A stretch of 62,929 nt of DNA, counting the filler, from Alcyonidium flabelliforme (lineage: Eukaryota): NCBI GenBank assembly GCA_026167845.1. It is 25 parts of 25 records of this genome, joined end to end, with 100 filler letters (N's around TTAATTAATTAA, not from the genome) between each part and the next. Parts side by side here need not be neighbours in the genome. Positions count along the whole stretch, not along the records: positions 58,526 to 60,686 come from JAOQFJ010000051.1; positions 60,787 to 62,929 come from JAOQFJ010000052.1; 23 more parts are not named here. One strand, 5' to 3'. Each line of letters begins with the position of its first letter. Position 1 is the first letter of the stretch. Below the pieces are notes generated by a model. It did no database searches and had not been told where the DNA came from. It was given only the letters and a program-made list of their open reading frames with translations. Below, one piece after another: positions 59,805 to 62,929 of this stretch. Made by a program: the position numbers and the translations under genes.

Positions 59805-60117
59805 TTTGCCACTCCATTACAAAAATGATATTCGGCTCATCGAATCCAAGAATGTCAAACGTTCGCGTACCTAACTTCAGTCGATTGGATGTGCTCAATC
59901 CCTGGACTCGACTTGACGTTATCACCCCCGTTGCGGTTGGCCACTTCACGCGGAATTGCTCGGTGAACGTCACACCGGTTTGATCGTAATGGCCACGCAT
60001 CCAACCAATCTGTTGTTCTCCTTTGGTCTCTTGGCCTTGTGTCCCAAGCGGCCCGTGATTAGTTGAGTGGATCGAAAACCGCTTGTTGTTACGGCCGGCA
60101 TCCTGTCGAACGGCCAT
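59746..60117 (-). CDS. Probable head closure (head-tail joining) protein; likely start at MAVRQ
   Basis: TAATG coupling; RL..G.RTFDI motif. Confidence 0.55.
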   Translation of the reverse strand: MAVRQDAGRNNKRFSIHSTNHGPLGTQGQETKGEQQIGWMRGHYDQTGVTFTEQFRVKWPTATGVITSSRVQGLSTSNRLKLGTRTFDILGFDEPNIIFVMEWQSATAGESRHERNCPPTACG

Positions 60118-60686
60118 TAGCAATCGCCTCCGGCACACGGGTCCATTGGCTTGGCAAGGAGCTTGAGAATCCGCTCAAGTCCCATCGGCACCGCGTTGGC
60201 TTTCTCCGAGCCAACCGCGTCGCGATACTTGTCAATGTGCCCGGCCATCGCGATCATTGCTCGCTTGGCCATCGGATCAATGTGCTCGGCGTCTTGGCCG
60301 GCGGTGTACGAAATCCGATAATCGTAAATAACTGAGCAACCACAAACCGGCGTGATCTCGTGATGGCAACCGCACTCCGGAGTCCAGCAAACCTCATCCC
60401 CGTCGTCGTTCCGGATCCAACCCTCAATCGTTGTGATCGGCTCCCAAGCTGGAGTTGGCGACTTGATGACGTACTCACGCCGCTCAATAGTTTGCACGCT
60501 GCAAACGGGCTTGAGTAAACAGAAACAACGGTACGGATGGCGGATTACGTCCACCACCCTGGTGAGCGAATACGTATTCCACGTCTCCGCCTCCACCATC
60601 GCTACGGCTTGAGGTATGGCCTGAGTCTCTAGAAAGTGAACATTACAATCATTGTCCTCATCCTGGATTGACTCTTGGACTTCCTC
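60117..60686 (-). CDS. Head-tail connector (gp6-like), 5' truncated, Cys-rich
   Basis: ISYTAG, AKRAM..MAGH..KYRDAV and VPMG.E.IL motifs. Confidence 0.7.
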   Translation of the reverse strand, partial: EEVQESIQDEDNDCNVHFLETQAIPQAVAMVEAETWNTYSLTRVVDVIRHPYRCFCLLKPVCSVQTIERREYVIKSPTPAWEPITTIEGWIRNDDGDEVCWTPECGCHHEITPVCGCSVIYDYRISYTAGQDAEHIDPMAKRAMIAMAGHIDKYRDAVGSEKANAVPMGLERILKLLAKPMDPCAGGDC

Positions 60687-60786
60687 NNNNNNNNNNNNNN
60701 NNNNNNNNNNNNNNNNNNNNNNNNNNNNNNTTAATTAATTAANNNNNNNNNNNNNNNNNNNNNNNNNNNNNNNNNNNNNNNNNNNN

Positions 60787-61088
60787 TAATGAAAGGTCTA
60801 GAAATGAGTAATAATATGCGATTAACCGATGATATTGTTAAGTCCTTACCCTCAGGTATGGCTATGGCTTATTTGTCTTGGTGGCATGGCTCTGACTTGA
60901 AGCAGATACTCTCTAAAAATACCTTTTACCGCTATCGTAGGAAGTTGAAAGAATATGATATTGATATTGGTATCATGAGAGACGTTCAGGAAGACACAAA
61001 TAATGTTATTCCGCTTATCAGAGTCTTAGAGGCTGCGCCAGTCGGCATACCTGATTGGGCTTATGAGCAGAAACTTGTTGCTTGCTGA
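60787..61088 (+). CDS. C-terminal (gene X-like) part of the gII/X Rep
   Basis: W..G.DL...LS..TFYRYR..L...IDI and P.WA motifs. Confidence 0.85.
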
Positions 61089-61110
61089 AACGACAGACAG
61101 CTATGAAATG

Positions 61111-61137
61111 ACCTCGCAATTAAGCGGGGCTTTTTAT
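61111..61137 (+). terminator. Terminator after rep
   Basis: ACCTCGC-aattaa-GCGGGGC followed by a T run. Confidence 0.65.
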
Positions 61138-61143
61138 TGCCTG

Positions 61144-61306
61144 TAATTTCTTCAAAGGCTCATGCTGGAGCCGATCATTATCTATTAGCAGAAGTCCCCT
61201 TGCCCTTTAGTTACAGTCTTTTGATAAGAAACGTTAGAGACCCCTCAATTATCAGCCTGTAGCGGTCAATAACATCCCTTCGTTATTGACTAGCGTTAAG
61301 GCATTA
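61144..61306 (+). promoter_or_regulatory. Conserved structured cis element (candidate single-strand origin or packaging signal)
   Basis: Homologous to the reverse complement of 25944-26102. Confidence 0.6.
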
Positions 61307-61464
61307 AAACTCTTTCAAAACTGTCAATAAACCCATAAATGCGCACTTACGACTTGGAAACTACCCAAGTCTAAATGCTAAGCGATTAAATATAATGATG
61401 ACCGAGAATGACGACTGGAGGAGGAAGAGGAGGCAACGACGATTGACGACGATAGGAGGATTTG

Positions 61465-61490
61465 AGGGATGTACTTAGTAATACATCCCT
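61465..61490 (+). promoter_or_regulatory. Candidate double-strand origin hairpin
   Basis: AGGGATGTA-CTTAGTAA-TACATCCCT perfect 9-bp stem carrying TAGTAATAC. Confidence 0.5.
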
Positions 61491-61667
61491 TTAGTACCAA
61501 ACTTGGTAAATACTCCATGCCTTGACCTCGCTCAAGCCTTGCAAATATGGCTTTTAGTCTTTTTACCCCCCCCCATCCCTTTTGTACCACTTTTCTAGAA
61601 AAGTGCTTGCTTACCCATATACCTACTGTTACTATAATTAAAAATAGTTACTCCTAAGGATATTGAT

Positions 61668-61865
61668 ATGTCACGCACATTTAACTTGGAAATCGATTGG
61701 AATATGTATGATTGCCTGCAACTTGCTGTTGTTGGATTGAGAGACGAAATAGACTCTGGTGATTTAGTGCTTGGTGATGACTCTAGAGACGATATTCTTG
61801 CTAATTTGTCTCGTTTGGAGAATCTTCTTTCTATTGCAGAAAAGGAGTTAAAAGAAGATGCCTAG
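61668..61865 (+). CDS. Small acidic hypothetical protein, 65 aa
   Basis: TAAGGA RBS; overlaps the next gene. Confidence 0.65.
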   Translation: MSRTFNLEIDWNMYDCLQLAVVGLRDEIDSGDLVLGDDSRDDILANLSRLENLLSIAEKELKEDA

Positions 61866-62148
61866 CCAAAAACCTAGAATTGCTTTAACCGTTGATGATG
61901 ATTTAAATGAAATATTAGAAGATTTAAGTAAGTTGATGGGCAATAAGCCTAAATCTAGGATAATCACTGATTTGCTAGTTGATGTTACTCCAATGCTTAT
62001 AGACCTAAGAGACGCTTTACAGTTAGCAGAACAGAAGAAAGACATTAAGCCTGTCTTAGCTAGAATGACAGCCAAAGCAAACATTGGGACAGCACAAATG
62101 AACAATGACATGCTTAACCAATTTGACTGGGTGGATAAAAATGATTGA
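61858..62148 (+). CDS. Putative ribbon-helix-helix regulator, 96 aa
   Basis: MPSQKPRIALTV...ILEDLSKL....SRII.DLL pattern; AAGGAG RBS. Confidence 0.7.
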   Translation: MPSQKPRIALTVDDDLNEILEDLSKLMGNKPKSRIITDLLVDVTPMLIDLRDALQLAEQKKDIKPVLARMTAKANIGTAQMNNDMLNQFDWVDKND

Positions 62149-62929
62149 TTGGGTAACGATGAAAATATCCTGCGATCATGATGGAATAATATCCAATGGT
62201 GAAGTTGTATCTTTATCAAAAGATGGTGATTCTATTGAATGGTCACTTGTTAAATATCTTCCTGTAGTTGGTTCTCATGATGCGACAATATCTATTAGGT
62301 CAATAACTCAACATACTATAGAAATATCAGGTAATCCTACTAAGTGGTTACAAGGTCATAATTTATTCGGTACAAATGATTTAAAGCGTCTTGTGTGGCT
62401 ATTTTTTAAAGAATTAGCAAAGATACCAGAATTAAAGTTAAGCCCTACTATGGAGCAGTTAAAGAGCATTAAGAACGGCAATTACACGTTATCGAGAATA
62501 GATATAAATGAAACTTGGCATTTGAATAACCGTAGTGAAGTTTTAGCGTGGATACGTGCTGCTGGTCAAAAGATGCGTCTTAAACATCGTGGTGCTGGTC
62601 AGTTTAGAGGTGACACACTTTACTGGGGTAAAGGCTCTAGACGTTGGATTTTAAAGTGTTACTCCAAAGGAGACGAAATAGACGGTAAAAAGAGTAATTT
62701 CCCTAATGATTTACGCACTCCTGAAATGCTTGATTATGCTGATAAAGCCTTACGTATAGAGCTAACTCTTAAATCTAATCAGTTAAGAGAGTGGTTACTT
62801 CATGATGGCTCGATATGGACGCCTGAAACTGCTAAAATGTTACTCCTAGAGTTAATGAAAGGTCTAGAAATGAGTAATAATATGCGATTAACCGATGATA
62901 TTGTTAAGTCCTTACCCTCAGGTATGGCT
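62141..62929 (+). CDS. rep: Phage/plasmid replication protein, gII/X family, N-terminal part (joined protein about 337 aa; absent from the ORF track)
   Basis: MIDW, GSHD, ISGNPTKWLQGHNLFG, SRIDIN, TLYWGKGSRRW.LKCYSK and LRIEL motifs. Confidence 0.9.
   Translation, partial: MIDWVTMKISCDHDGIISNGEVVSLSKDGDSIEWSLVKYLPVVGSHDATISIRSITQHTIEISGNPTKWLQGHNLFGTNDLKRLVWLFFKELAKIPELKLSPTMEQLKSIKNGNYTLSRIDINETWHLNNRSEVLAWIRAAGQKMRLKHRGAGQFRGDTLYWGKGSRRWILKCYSKGDEIDGKKSNFPNDLRTPEMLDYADKALRIELTLKSNQLREWLLHDGSIWTPETAKMLLLELMKGLEMSNNMRLTDDIVKSLPSGMA

Larger units (their letters stand above)
60787..62929. mobile_element. Complete circle of about 2066 bp with an inovirus gII/X (Phage_CRI-like) replication gene
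   Basis: 60787-60863 is identical to 62853-62929; rep reads through the junction. Confidence 0.88.

Noticed and set aside
61465..61490. CRESS-virus nonanucleotide origin
   Set aside because: It does not match NANTATTAC exactly, and the Rep is gII/X type with no SF3 helicase.

Overview
This window is not one locus. It is 25 short contigs (about 2.75 kb down to 2.14 kb, sorted by length) joined by 100-nt spacers of N with a TTAATTAATTAA all-frame stop, which looks like a metagenomic assembly. Bacterial content: a plasmid iteron origin next to an unknown three-gene operon ending in a PD-(D/E)xK-like nuclease; three complete small circles, each with a 77-bp terminal overlap (a ColE2/pAL5000-type replicon with a MOBQ relaxase, a Rep_1 rolling-circle plasmid, and an inovirus gII/X-type replicon); two giant-adhesin fragments; a PARIS-like ATPase + DUF4435 pair; a P4-type integrase island edge; and five phage or prophage fragments. 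Eukaryotic content: a RIP-mutated fungal copia, a spliced fungal kinase-like gene, a Gypsy pol, two Penelope elements with hammerhead-like motifs, two Polinton/adintovirus fragments, a LINE 3' end, tRNA-derived heads and non-coding repeats. Top observations: (1) an unannotated DinQ-like type I toxin-antitoxin cassette in a phage fragment (33064-33575), with a divergent sRNA matching the toxin leader over 20 nt; (2) the plasmid-borne three-gene nuclease operon, a candidate defence system; (3) a roughly 160-bp structured cis element shared by two rolling-circle replicons with unrelated Rep proteins. All family assignments come from motif recognition by eye; no database searches were run.
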